From an uncultured Collinsella sp. (GTDB lineage: Bacteria; Actinomycetota; Coriobacteriia; Coriobacteriales; Coriobacteriaceae): a stretch of 64,000 nucleotides of DNA. Shown piece by piece: positions 22,403 to 31,134 of the stretch (within the stretch, counting starts at the first letter, position 1; the number at the start of each line of letters is the position of its first letter). Location: NCBI GenBank assembly GCA_902491915.1, contig CABUJL010000001.1:35-64034 (forward strand), written 5' to 3'. A program made the translations under genes and the position numbers. The notes beneath the pieces are model-generated. The model did not search any database, had not been told where the DNA came from, and saw only the letters and a program-made list of their open reading frames with translations.

Positions 22403-23392
22403 ATGGCGTTGAGCAAGGCATCATGCACCGGTCGCGGATTGATTCCGGCAATTGGTGGACATGTGCACCGCATGTTCGATGAGGGTGAAGACGACCTGTT
22501 TTCGCTGAGCCTTGACGATGTGATGGATGATCGCCCGTGGACCGCCGACGAACTCATGGGCGGCGGCGGGGCTCGCCCGTCAAGCCCCAATCCCGCACTT
22601 GCGCCTAAGACCGCATCTGCGCCGACTCCTGCGCAGCCGGCTGTTTCGACGCCCGCGCCTACACCCGCACCCACTTCGGCGCCCACGCCCGCTCCCCGCC
22701 CCGCAAGCGACCCGTCCGAGACGGCGGCATTTCTCGCAGCAGCGACGCAGGGCAAATCGGCCGACAGCACTGTTATGTACAGCGCCCAGCAGTTGCCTGT
22801 TCCTGCGGCACGCAAGCCTCCGGCCGCAAGGCTCGATGAGCCCGTTGCCTATCAGGTTGCCCACGATTCCTGGGCTGCAGCCGATCTGGATGAGACCTCT
22901 ACCGGCATGCCGGCGCTCGATGTTCCAGTTAACCCGCTTTTTGCCGCCAACACGAGCGCCGCGGGCTATGAGGGCGGTGCGGCATATTCCGATTATTCCG
23001 ATGGCTATGCTGGCACCGGTCGCATCGAGACCGAGGATTATGGCACCGCATCGAGCGATTATCTCAACGATCCGTACGCTGCCACGCCTGCACCGGAATA
23101 TGACCCGGAGGCCGCGTCCGCACCGGCGTATACCAAAAGCACGGGCGAAGAGCGCTTCGCCGATTATTACGCCGAGGAAAAGGCGCTGCGTTTCTCGGAA
23201 TTTCCGCAGGCAGTCAAGGTTGCCTTTATCGCCATTGTCATTGCCCTGCTCGGCGCCATTGCGTTTGAGGGATTCCAGCTGTTCCGCGGCCCCACCGCGT
23301 CCGAATCGGCAACGCAGCAAAAAGAGGACGACAACCAGTACCTGGACATCAACACCCTCAAGGGCGACCCCAACGACGGGGACGACGAGTAA
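22403..23392 (+). CDS. Hypothetical Pro/Ala-rich protein with a C-terminal transmembrane helix
   Basis: GAAAGGA RBS; low-complexity body; VAFIAIVIALLGAIAF hydrophobic segment. Confidence 0.7.
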   Translation: MALSKASCTGRGLIPAIGGHVHRMFDEGEDDLFSLSLDDVMDDRPWTADELMGGGGARPSSPNPALAPKTASAPTPAQPAVSTPAPTPAPTSAPTPAPRPASDPSETAAFLAAATQGKSADSTVMYSAQQLPVPAARKPPAARLDEPVAYQVAHDSWAAADLDETSTGMPALDVPVNPLFAANTSAAGYEGGAAYSDYSDGYAGTGRIETEDYGTASSDYLNDPYAATPAPEYDPEAASAPAYTKSTGEERFADYYAEEKALRFSEFPQAVKVAFIAIVIALLGAIAFEGFQLFRGPTASESATQQKEDDNQYLDINTLKGDPNDGDDE

Positions 23393-23490
23393 CAGATGCC
23401 GAAAACTGAGGGCCGTAAACCAAATCAAGCGACTCGCGGGATTATGGGGGCGTAGACGGGCGGATGGGCCATCGACGATTTTGAGCTGGC

Positions 23491-23519
23491 AAGGGCCGGG
23501 AATTAGATTCCCGGCCTTC
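23491..23519. terminator. Hairpin between convergent genes at the island's left edge
   Basis: GGCCGGGAAT-tag-ATTCCCGGCC. Confidence 0.6.
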
Positions 23520-23522
23520 AAC

Positions 23523-25634
23523 CTAGCACTGCTTTATGAGATCGAGCACCGCAGGAATGTCATCGGCGTTCCGAAGCGCAACGTAAGTGGGTAAGCCCGG
23601 GCCAAATCCGCCCTGTGCGCGTTTGTCCTGACACATGTCCTCTGGATCAATTAGGTCGTCCACGCTCTTTGCCAGGCCAACGGCGATCCAACCACCGTTG
23701 CTGGTCCTGCCTTCTAGCACGGCATGCAGTTTTCGCTTGCCCGACCTGAGTCCTACATAGTACTTGGCTATATAGGACTCCCACGAAGGGTTACCACTCA
23801 GAACAGACTCGCGCACCTCATCGAAAAGCTTCTGGTTGAGCCCACCTTCGGCAAAGGTGGGGTGATTCTCCTGCAGAGTCCAGATAGGAGCCTCATCAGA
23901 CTCCCCGCGAGAAGGACGGTACTTGTCGACGACGTCTGCCGGAAGGTCGGGATATTTCCATATCTCACACGCCTCTTTCGCCAGCTCGTCCGCGCGCTGT
24001 CCAATCTCTTCCTCACCCCATTTTTCACGCGAGGCGATCGACTTGTTCAGGTAGAGCGGACTGCACTTAAATCCGACGTCAGGCAGATTGAGCTTGTCCG
24101 AGAACGACTCCTGGTTGTAGCCCGTCAGCGTAAGATTTCCCAAGTTGTTGCACAGCCTGTCGTGGACGTCTTCCCAGTTCTCACCAAGCGATTCCTTCCA
24201 GCCGTGCTCATCATCGATCGTCTGGGGCATGATGTGCTCGATCTGGTAATCGTCGGCTGAGATGGACTCCTTCGGGTGGTGCCAGTTCTCCATGCGTTCC
24301 AGGTAATAGCGCTTTTTAGAGAAGCGGTTGTAGCAGTCACGCGTCTTAAACTCCTCGACAAAATGCTCGTCTGTCGGAAAGTATGCGGTCATACCGCTGC
24401 TGTGGATAAGGAGCATCGCCGTAACGTACTCCTCGATATCGTCCTGCTGCTCGAGATTGCGATACATGCCGGCAAAGAAATTATTTAGGCCCGTGGTAAG
24501 TCTGCCGCAAACCGCTCGCCTGAACAGAAACGACTCGATAGTCTCGCAGATACGTAAAAACGCATTGCGGTCTAGTCCATTCCCCTCGTAAACCGAATAA
24601 AGCAACATTAAGAGGGGCCTTATCTGCTTCACGTCGAGGCTTACGATTCTGCCGAACACTCGGCGCAGTCCGTCGTCCTTCTCCTTACCAAGGAACAGAC
24701 TGGCGTATCTATGTGCATACCCTCGCAGCTCCTTAAGCAGGCCCTCGGTGTCACCATCGTAGTCGTCGGCGAAATAGCGCTTAAACTCGTAGTAGGCCTC
24801 GTTCTCCTTCGGCATCCTATTGGGAACTTTAAGCCACAGCCAGTACCAGATAAATGCATTGAACTCGTCCTCGCCGCCTTTTCCGAACAAGCACTCGAGT
24901 GGATGCCAATAACCCTCATAAAGATTGGTCTGTTCGTCGTTGGGAAGCGACATTAGAACGTAGTTACGGATGAGGTCAATGGGCGTGAGCGGCTTGCCCT
25001 TGGAGTTCATGGACTCAAATATGAGCTGGGCATTATCAACGCCAGCGGTGAGCTTAGTGTCGATGACCTGCACGCGGTTTAGCCCCGCCCAAAGCCTTGC
25101 AGGGTCGAATGATTTCCCGTGCATCTTTTCACGGAAGAACGCATGGTTTTCGACAATGCGATCCGATTTTTCATCTGGCACGGGAGCCCCAGACACGATG
25201 GAGAACAGCGTCTCTTTATCGTCCTGCGAGAGCACCAGCTTGTAGCGTGCCAGACCGTTGTAGTCGTCATCGTTAAAGAGGTAATTTTTCCTCAGCGCCG
25301 AGATTTTGAGGTCGCCAAGGAAGCCAGCCTTGTCGGGGTTGCTCTCCAAATAGTCAGCCAAAGCTGCAATCATCAACGAAAACGTCGTCATGCGCTGCTG
25401 TCCGTCAATCAGAAGCACGCGCGAAATGCTCGTGGCAGAGCTCTCGGACTCGGGGATATAAAGCATTGACCCCACGAAGTGCGATACGCCATCACGACCC
25501 GCTCGCATGACGTCATCCCAAAGCACCTCGCACTCTTTTACACTCCACGAGTAAATTCGCTGGTACACGGGAATGACGAACTGCATCTTCGCCACGCCCA
25601 TAAGGTCGAGTAGATTTGCCTCGGTTGCTTTCAT
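23523..25634 (-). CDS. gmrSD: GmrSD-type (DUF262 + DUF1524/HNH) modification-dependent restriction endonuclease with an extra C-terminal domain
   Basis: IPVYQRIYSW, IDGQQRMTT, IFESMNSKGKPL, IEHIMPQ, LGNLTLTGYN. Confidence 0.9.
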   Translation of the reverse strand: MKATEANLLDLMGVAKMQFVIPVYQRIYSWSVKECEVLWDDVMRAGRDGVSHFVGSMLYIPESESSATSISRVLLIDGQQRMTTFSLMIAALADYLESNPDKAGFLGDLKISALRKNYLFNDDDYNGLARYKLVLSQDDKETLFSIVSGAPVPDEKSDRIVENHAFFREKMHGKSFDPARLWAGLNRVQVIDTKLTAGVDNAQLIFESMNSKGKPLTPIDLIRNYVLMSLPNDEQTNLYEGYWHPLECLFGKGGEDEFNAFIWYWLWLKVPNRMPKENEAYYEFKRYFADDYDGDTEGLLKELRGYAHRYASLFLGKEKDDGLRRVFGRIVSLDVKQIRPLLMLLYSVYEGNGLDRNAFLRICETIESFLFRRAVCGRLTTGLNNFFAGMYRNLEQQDDIEEYVTAMLLIHSSGMTAYFPTDEHFVEEFKTRDCYNRFSKKRYYLERMENWHHPKESISADDYQIEHIMPQTIDDEHGWKESLGENWEDVHDRLCNNLGNLTLTGYNQESFSDKLNLPDVGFKCSPLYLNKSIASREKWGEEEIGQRADELAKEACEIWKYPDLPADVVDKYRPSRGESDEAPIWTLQENHPTFAEGGLNQKLFDEVRESVLSGNPSWESYIAKYYVGLRSGKRKLHAVLEGRTSNGGWIAVGLAKSVDDLIDPEDMCQDKRAQGGFGPGLPTYVALRNADDIPAVLDLIKQC

Positions 25635-25827
25635 TTGCGGTTGTCTCCTCTTTCTTGTTTACGCCGTTTGCAGTCAGTCCCCCACTGAGCGGAGGGTGCC
25701 AAAGACGAGAGCATCGAAGCACAGAAGCAACCGGGATGCTCATATCGTTAGATTTTACACCGCAAGCAAACGCTTACGCCGTCAGGGTGGCGCGCGATCG
25801 CTGCGCGCCACTCCCCAAAATCATACG

Positions 25828-25865
25828 ATGTCAAAAGACTGACACTTATGTATGCCTTTTGACAT
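25828..25865. repeat. 10-bp inverted repeat upstream of gmrSD
   Basis: ATGTCAAAAG...CTTTTGACAT. Confidence 0.55.
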
Positions 25866-26086
25866 TGCCACGGACTTACGGGTTTCTTGTCTCATATGCC
25901 AAGAGCGGATATCTAGATCGCTGCCCCTCCCGCCCAAAGGAGCTCGACAAGAACTGATCGAAGGGCAAATCAGACATCGAGCAAGTCGCCGACATGCTCA
26001 TCGCGCCTCGCAAAAAGATGGGCAAACACGGGACCATCTTAAGCGGTGGCGATGATGACACGGAATTGCAGCCGAATCGCCCCGAC

Positions 26087-28450
26087 CTATTCGCCACCCG
26101 ATGCTGGCAAGCTGTTGAGCGGCTCGCTCTCACCGGCGGCACCAAGGCGCTTCTGCATCTTCTCGATCTGCTTAAGGGTCGAAGTCAAATACCCAAGACC
26201 CTTCTTCAACTGCTTAAGCAACCTGCCATTCCTGCGGTCCCCCTTTCCATTCTCCTTCTCGACATCCTCCTCAACACCAGCGATGCTGCGCTGCACGGCC
26301 TCGGCCGCCTTCTGCACCAAAATGGCTCCCTCATGCGGGCAGCGGTCAGTTGCCACATCAAGAAATGCGAGAAGCCTTGAGCATTCAACGAGCACGAACT
26401 GCGCATAGTCCTCCCCCATCGACGCCGCCAGGGCAACGCCGCTAGAACCCAAAAGGCCAAACGCAGCGCCGCCGCCAGCAATTAAAGCGGTGCCACCGGC
26501 CATGCCCATGCCGCCGGCGGCCAAGGCGCCGCCGCCAGCAGCAGCAAGACTCGCATTGACGAGCGCAGCCCCGTGAAGGCCGACAAACGAGCCTCCAAAG
26601 ATACCGACAGCAATATCCGGAGCCAATGCCGCGGCCACTCCTCCTGTGCCCAGGGCCGCCGCCACGGCAATGGCGCCGCCTACCAAGACCTTTGGCAATG
26701 TACCTGAGAGCTCACGGATATGCGCCCCGCATTGCTTCTCTAGGGAACGCACGGCGTCCAAATCAACCGCGTCTTGTCTCCTGGGAAATTCATCTTTAAC
26801 CCAAGCCCCGCTCCCCTTCAAACCTTTGTATTCCTTCTTCTCTTCATCTCCTATCTGGAAATAGGGGCGAAACTCAACCAGCTCCTGAGCGATCAGCAAA
26901 GCGCGCACCTTGCCGCCTCGCTGCCGCGAAATAGCCTCAAGGGCTCCGTACGCATCTTCCTCGCTCAAAAAATAGCCGCCTGCATCAATGCCTAGGCCAT
27001 CCGTGACCGAATCCTGCCACGCGCGGGCCCAGCTCCTCTTTTGCCCTTTGCGCACTTCGTTCTTCTCGTTCCCGCAGTCGTAGTTGATGGCGGCAAGCTT
27101 CAGCGAGAAGGCAATCCTCGTCGTCTCTCTATCTAGGCTATAAAAGTGGAATCCATCGAAGATATCCTGGCGGCGCCTGGCGCGCTCAGTCCAAGCCTCG
27201 GACATTTCCTCCGCCATATAGCCCCAGTCGGCATGGAGTGCAAACGCAAGGCGTCCAACTCCAACGTAGTTTATTCGCAAGAAGAACTTCTGGGCGAACA
27301 CGACCTTGTTCCCCTCGCATTCGATACCCGCCCTGACCGCCGCCGTCGCCAGATTCGCCAGAACGAACGAAGTACTCGAAACCGTGACCATGCGAGTGAG
27401 GGCCCTGCTGTTGTAGGGCATGAAATGCGAAGCCTTGAGCTTGCGCAAGCCGGAGACATCACTCACTTCGCAACGTTCTAGCTCGGCCTTGAGCCTTGAA
27501 AGCATGTAGAGACAACGAACGATAACCTCGTTGGCCACGACTGCTGGCACCTGGCTTAAAGCTTGATCGAAAAGACCGACTTCCGTCCGAAGGTCGAAGC
27601 GAATGGGCTTGCCGTCCTCGGTTTTGAACGCCGTTCCGTTAAACAGCTTTGAGATCCATTGCTGAATGCGAATATCCTTGCCCTTATAGGCAATCCGCAT
27701 GTCTTGAAAAACAGGCAGGGAGGAGAGCTCCTTTAGCAGGGACAGCACAACGCCGGGAATACCCGTCCCCTTACCGGGGTTTGAACTAGACCCCGCCATG
27801 TCGCTCACGAGATGCATTGCCCAGAACAGAGTGCCAAACGCGATCTTCTCTGGAACGTTCCTGCCTATAAGAGGGCGGTCAGGATCGAAGGCGGCGGCAG
27901 GCAGGTCAAAGGCGACAAACCGGCCGGCCGTATCGGTGCCATAGCCTTTGCACGTGAATTGCGAGAGGATCGAACACGCAAGGCCAACCAAGCTCGGGTG
28001 GTGCGAGAAATCCCGCAGATGATGTTGGAGCCCGCCGCCAAACTCGGCAGTCAGCTTGTCCGCGGCAAGAGGAAACCCTTTCTCTAGAAAGCGAATAGCG
28101 TCTTCTAGAGTTGCATCCGCCTTTGTCATACCCGCAGACTTGGCAATCGTAAGAACGAATTTGCCAACCTTCTCGTCGCCCCACTCTTTGGCACCCTCTA
28201 GGTTGAAGTCTTTCTGCCACAGGATATTCAACGCGCCCGTGAGGAGCCCGCTAACGGCTGCAAGTTCATAGTCGAGCTTCGTAGCCTTTTCAGCCCGAGG
28301 GTCAAAATCAAAGAGGACCTCCTCCCCATCGGGAGCGTCCTTAAAACCAACCAGCACGGCGCTACCGTTCAGCGGCACAGATGCAACTTTGGGCAGTTGA
28401 GGCATGGTGTAAACTATCTCGCCGCCACTAAAAACAAGTTCGTCTGCCAT
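26087..28450 (-). CDS. Large hypothetical protein (~787 aa) with His/Asp motifs and a C-terminal Gly/Ala-rich hydrophobic segment
   Basis: Long ORF; GGAGG RBS before the ATG at 28450; HHLRDFSHHP, HLVSD, GGGALAAGGMGMAGG. Confidence 0.8.
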   Translation of the reverse strand: MADELVFSGGEIVYTMPQLPKVASVPLNGSAVLVGFKDAPDGEEVLFDFDPRAEKATKLDYELAAVSGLLTGALNILWQKDFNLEGAKEWGDEKVGKFVLTIAKSAGMTKADATLEDAIRFLEKGFPLAADKLTAEFGGGLQHHLRDFSHHPSLVGLACSILSQFTCKGYGTDTAGRFVAFDLPAAAFDPDRPLIGRNVPEKIAFGTLFWAMHLVSDMAGSSSNPGKGTGIPGVVLSLLKELSSLPVFQDMRIAYKGKDIRIQQWISKLFNGTAFKTEDGKPIRFDLRTEVGLFDQALSQVPAVVANEVIVRCLYMLSRLKAELERCEVSDVSGLRKLKASHFMPYNSRALTRMVTVSSTSFVLANLATAAVRAGIECEGNKVVFAQKFFLRINYVGVGRLAFALHADWGYMAEEMSEAWTERARRRQDIFDGFHFYSLDRETTRIAFSLKLAAINYDCGNEKNEVRKGQKRSWARAWQDSVTDGLGIDAGGYFLSEEDAYGALEAISRQRGGKVRALLIAQELVEFRPYFQIGDEEKKEYKGLKGSGAWVKDEFPRRQDAVDLDAVRSLEKQCGAHIRELSGTLPKVLVGGAIAVAAALGTGGVAAALAPDIAVGIFGGSFVGLHGAALVNASLAAAGGGALAAGGMGMAGGTALIAGGGAAFGLLGSSGVALAASMGEDYAQFVLVECSRLLAFLDVATDRCPHEGAILVQKAAEAVQRSIAGVEEDVEKENGKGDRRNGRLLKQLKKGLGYLTSTLKQIEKMQKRLGAAGESEPLNSLPASGGE

Positions 28451-28491
28451 ACCGGCTTCCTCCTGCAAACGCGTAAAACTAGATTGCTCCA

Positions 28492-28820
28492 CGCCGCCAA
28501 ATCCCTCTCGTAGAACTACTCGATAATCTCGATGATGCAGTTGCTCAGAACCTCGTCGGAACTGTTCACCTCTGGCAGCCTGTACGCCTCATTGTGAACG
28601 ATAACGCGCGCAGCGTCACGGGTCTATGCCTGCCCATCCAGCGAATCATGTTAGCAAGCCGTTCTTCGACAATGGATGCCATCTCGGTGTCCATACTCTT
28701 GACCTGCCTGGTCTCGGCGGGCGTCAGCGTGTCCTTGAATAGCATCTCAAGCACAGCCCTCTGATGCTGATTCTGGAATCCTTCCCGCAACCATTCCTTC
28801 TGCTTACGCCCAATGGGCAC
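28492..28820 (-). pseudogene. Remnant of a type I restriction enzyme HsdR C-terminus
   Basis: REGF...AVLEMLFKDTLT..E..QVK...W, then after a frameshift TRDAARVIVHNEAYRLPE...IIE*FYERDLAA; resembles HsdR C-terminal tails. Confidence 0.6.
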
Positions 28821-28824
28821 CCGC

Positions 28825-29559
28825 CTACCTTCCCGCCGCCTTCAGCTTCAGCAGCAGGTCGCCCAGCTCGGGGCACTTGCTAGAAAGGCGCGTCTGAGCT
28901 CGCTCGCCCATCCCCCACCGCTGGCGGACTTCCTGGGCGCGCGGGCTCACGCGGTAGTCCCCGTCCATCACCTGCTTGAGCAGCTTGGCGGTCACGCGCG
29001 CATCGGCAAGGGCGCTGTGGGCGTGACCCGTCGACTCGTCGAACTCGATGCCAAACCACGTCGCCGCGTCACTCAAAGAGACGCACCCGTGGCTGCCCAC
29101 GTCCATGATCGAGGTGTAAAACGCCTGCAGGTCGGCCCAATCCGTAGGAAATGCGGAAAGATCGATGTGCTTTGCCTGGCACTCGGTCAAAAGCTGTCGA
29201 CGGTCCGCCCCGCTCCAGCAAACTACCTGTGCGGAGTAGCGACCGATCCAATCGCTGAGCCTTTTGATTACCATGTAGAGCGGATCGGCCATCGCAGTGT
29301 CCACGGCCGATATCCCCGTAAGCTCGCGGACGGAAAACGCAACGCCTTCGGTAAATTCCGTCTGCACAAACTGCGAGAACTCGCCCATAACGTTGCCGTG
29401 GTAATCGAGCTTGACGGCGCCGACCTCGATAATCTCATTACGCAGCCCACGTCGCTGGCGCTGCTTTGGCACCGGCGCAAACTCAAAGTCCAGCACAATC
29501 TGGCGCGCAAAGTTCGTCGTATCGATAGCCGAGATACACGGCGTCTTTTCAGCTGACAC
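28825..29559 (-). CDS. DEDDh 3'-5' exonuclease
   Basis: LDFEF, EIIEVGAVKLD, ELTGI, DLQ, AHSALADARVTA. Confidence 0.88.
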   Translation of the reverse strand: MSAEKTPCISAIDTTNFARQIVLDFEFAPVPKQRQRRGLRNEIIEVGAVKLDYHGNVMGEFSQFVQTEFTEGVAFSVRELTGISAVDTAMADPLYMVIKRLSDWIGRYSAQVVCWSGADRRQLLTECQAKHIDLSAFPTDWADLQAFYTSIMDVGSHGCVSLSDAATWFGIEFDESTGHAHSALADARVTAKLLKQVMDGDYRVSPRAQEVRQRWGMGERAQTRLSSKCPELGDLLLKLKAAGR

Positions 29560-29600
29560 GGTTAGGGCCTTTCTCCGTTGCTGGCCGCTTACTACACAGG

Positions 29601-29771
29601 CGGCTACATTGCCGTAAGGATAGGCGCCCGTGCGGACATGAAAGCAGGGCGCAATACCATGCGCTAATCACACGCCATGCAGACGGCCCCAAGAGAGTCG
29701 CCCGCTCTATTCGAATGGATGAAAAGATTTAGGCCCGGTGACTTGAATCAGCGGTCATCCCGGGCCCATCA
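29601..29771. repeat. Direct repeat arm A, copy 1 (cargo promoter plus structured element)
   Basis: Homologous to 30961-31134; near-identical core GCCATGCAGAyGGCCCCAAGAGAGTCGCCCGCTCTATTC...GGTCATCCCGGGCCCATCA. Confidence 0.9.
29617..29638 (-). promoter_or_regulatory. RecA-NDp/PafBC-like promoter for the exonuclease
   Basis: Minus strand TGTCCG-N10-TATCCT. Confidence 0.55.
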
Positions 29772-29777
29772 ATATGC

Positions 29778-29806
29778 AGTGTACCTACAGAGGGCTGGTT
29801 AATCAA
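29778..29806 (-). promoter_or_regulatory. sigma70-type promoter pointing into the repeat-arm hairpin
   Basis: Minus strand TTGATT-17 nt-TACACT. Confidence 0.55.
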
Positions 29807-29917
29807 ACGGGCTTTCGGTGACGAAGACCTGCGCGTCTAGCCCCCAATCGCCCAGCGCCGTCTTCTGCCGCCCTTACGAAAGGCTGCTATTCGAGGGAAT
29901 CACGTTGCTGTTATTAT

Positions 29918-29957
29918 CGAACATATATTCGTATTTATGACCGCGCTTTGATAGAAT
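29918..29957 (+). promoter_or_regulatory. LexA (SOS)-like box plus extended -10 promoter of the small toxin-like ORF
   Basis: CGAACATATATTCG at 29918-29931 (one mismatch from CGAAC-N4-GTTCG); TG-A-TAGAAT at 29949-29957. Confidence 0.65.
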
Positions 29958-30021
29958 GGCAGTTGTTGGCGGCAGTTCCATGTGCCGGGCAGCGCCCTCC
30001 ATGCGACGGGAGGTGATGCCC

Positions 30022-30147
30022 ATGACCGATCTGATTGATTTCGTGAAGCTCCTGACCGCTTTGGTCTCGCTCCTCACGGCGCTTATCGGACTTTCCGAGG
30101 CACTTAAGCAGCGTACGAAGCAAAAGAAGAGGGGTCGACGCCGTTAA
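30022..30147 (+). CDS. 41-aa hydrophobic peptide, putative type I toxin
   Basis: MTDLIDFVKLLTALVSLLTALIGLSEALKQRTKQKKRGRRR*; GGAGG RBS 8 nt upstream; one hydrophobic helix plus a basic tail. Confidence 0.75.
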   Translation: MTDLIDFVKLLTALVSLLTALIGLSEALKQRTKQKKRGRRR

Positions 30148-30209
30148 GGCATTGACCCCTTAATCGAAGTAACGGCGCTGCCCAGCTATCCACAACTTGG
30201 GCTGCCGTC
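30122..30209 (-). ncRNA. Putative antisense antitoxin RNA (~90 nt)
   Basis: Minus-strand promoter TTGTTA-17-TAGAAT (30244-30216); hairpin 30172-30208; terminator hairpin 30130-30160 followed by CTTCTTTT. Confidence 0.6.
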
Positions 30210-30297
30210 GACCTTATTCTACCCACGGACATTGAGTTTAACAAATGGTTTTTTCGGTAGCGAAGCCTCGGTCCCTCAGCCGCTCAGCACCTGCTTC

Positions 30298-30939
30298 CTA
30301 CTCCAGCCACCATTCCATATCCACGGAGCACTCGACCTCGATAGGCTCTGGCTCCAGCACCGTCTCCTCGGAGCCTCCGGACGCCCCATCGGGAGCACAC
30401 GCGGCAACACAGTATGTTCGACCATAGCCCGCCGCCCGACTGTTATACGAGATATGCTTGACGCCGCCCAGCATAGACCCCGCCGCAACGGCAAGTGCCT
30501 GCGCGTTGCCGCAAGCACGTTCAACCGCACGGGCAATCAGGGCGTCTTCCGCCGCGCGCTGATCCGCCAACTCAAATCGAATGCTCATGTCGGCATGTGA
30601 CTCGCAGGTATTGAGTGCGGTCCACACAGCAGCAAAGTCAGTCGAATCGACAGGCGCGGCAACCGTACCGTACGCATAGTAGTTGTAGCCCACAATCGTC
30701 GCCTTCTTGCGCGTCATCTGCGCATAACAAGTGTACCGACAGCATGTTAATTCGCTATCCAAACCAAAGGGCGCCAGCGCGGCGGCTACGCGGGCGCGAT
30801 CGGTGTTGTAATCCTCCAGGCACGATTCCTTGGTGGTGCGGCGACCACCAAAGCCAATGCTAAAGATCACGCGGTCGGGCATAACCTCGTCCTCTATCTC
30901 GGCGCCAACGCTCACATAACCGGTCTTATCCGTTGCCAT
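30298..30939 (-). CDS. SIMPL/DUF541 domain protein
   Basis: V.PD...SI, FELAD...ALIARAVERA..NAQALA.AAG..LG, IEVECSVDMEW; GAAAGGA RBS. Confidence 0.75.
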   Translation of the reverse strand: MATDKTGYVSVGAEIEDEVMPDRVIFSIGFGGRRTTKESCLEDYNTDRARVAAALAPFGLDSELTCCRYTCYAQMTRKKATIVGYNYYAYGTVAAPVDSTDFAAVWTALNTCESHADMSIRFELADQRAAEDALIARAVERACGNAQALAVAAGSMLGGVKHISYNSRAAGYGRTYCVAACAPDGASGGSEETVLEPEPIEVECSVDMEWWLE

Positions 30940-30960
30940 GACATCCGTCCTTTCCACGAA

Positions 30961-31134
30961 TGGCTACGTTGCGGTAAGCGTAGCCACCCGTGCGGACACA
31001 AAAATGGGATGCTGTGCCACGCGCGCCAGGCACGCGCCATGCAGATGGCCCCAAGAGAGTCGCCCGCTCTATTCAAATGGATGAAAAAGATTGAGGCCCG
31101 GTGACTTGAATCAGAGGTCATCCCGGGCCCATCA
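30961..31134. repeat. Direct repeat arm A, copy 2
   Basis: Homologous to 29601-29771. Confidence 0.9.
30977..30998 (-). promoter_or_regulatory. RecA-NDp/PafBC-like promoter for the SIMPL gene
   Basis: Minus strand TGTCCG-N10-TACGCT. Confidence 0.55.

Noticed and set aside
25870..26085. Possible gene remnant on the plus strand between gmrSD and the large ORF
   Set aside because: Short interrupted frames with no recognisable similarity; cannot be supported without BLASTx.
29874..30123. Minus-strand ORFs (62-67 aa) as a protein antitoxin
   Set aside because: No RBS or motif; they are antisense to the toxin and its promoter, and the predicted antisense RNA terminates before them.
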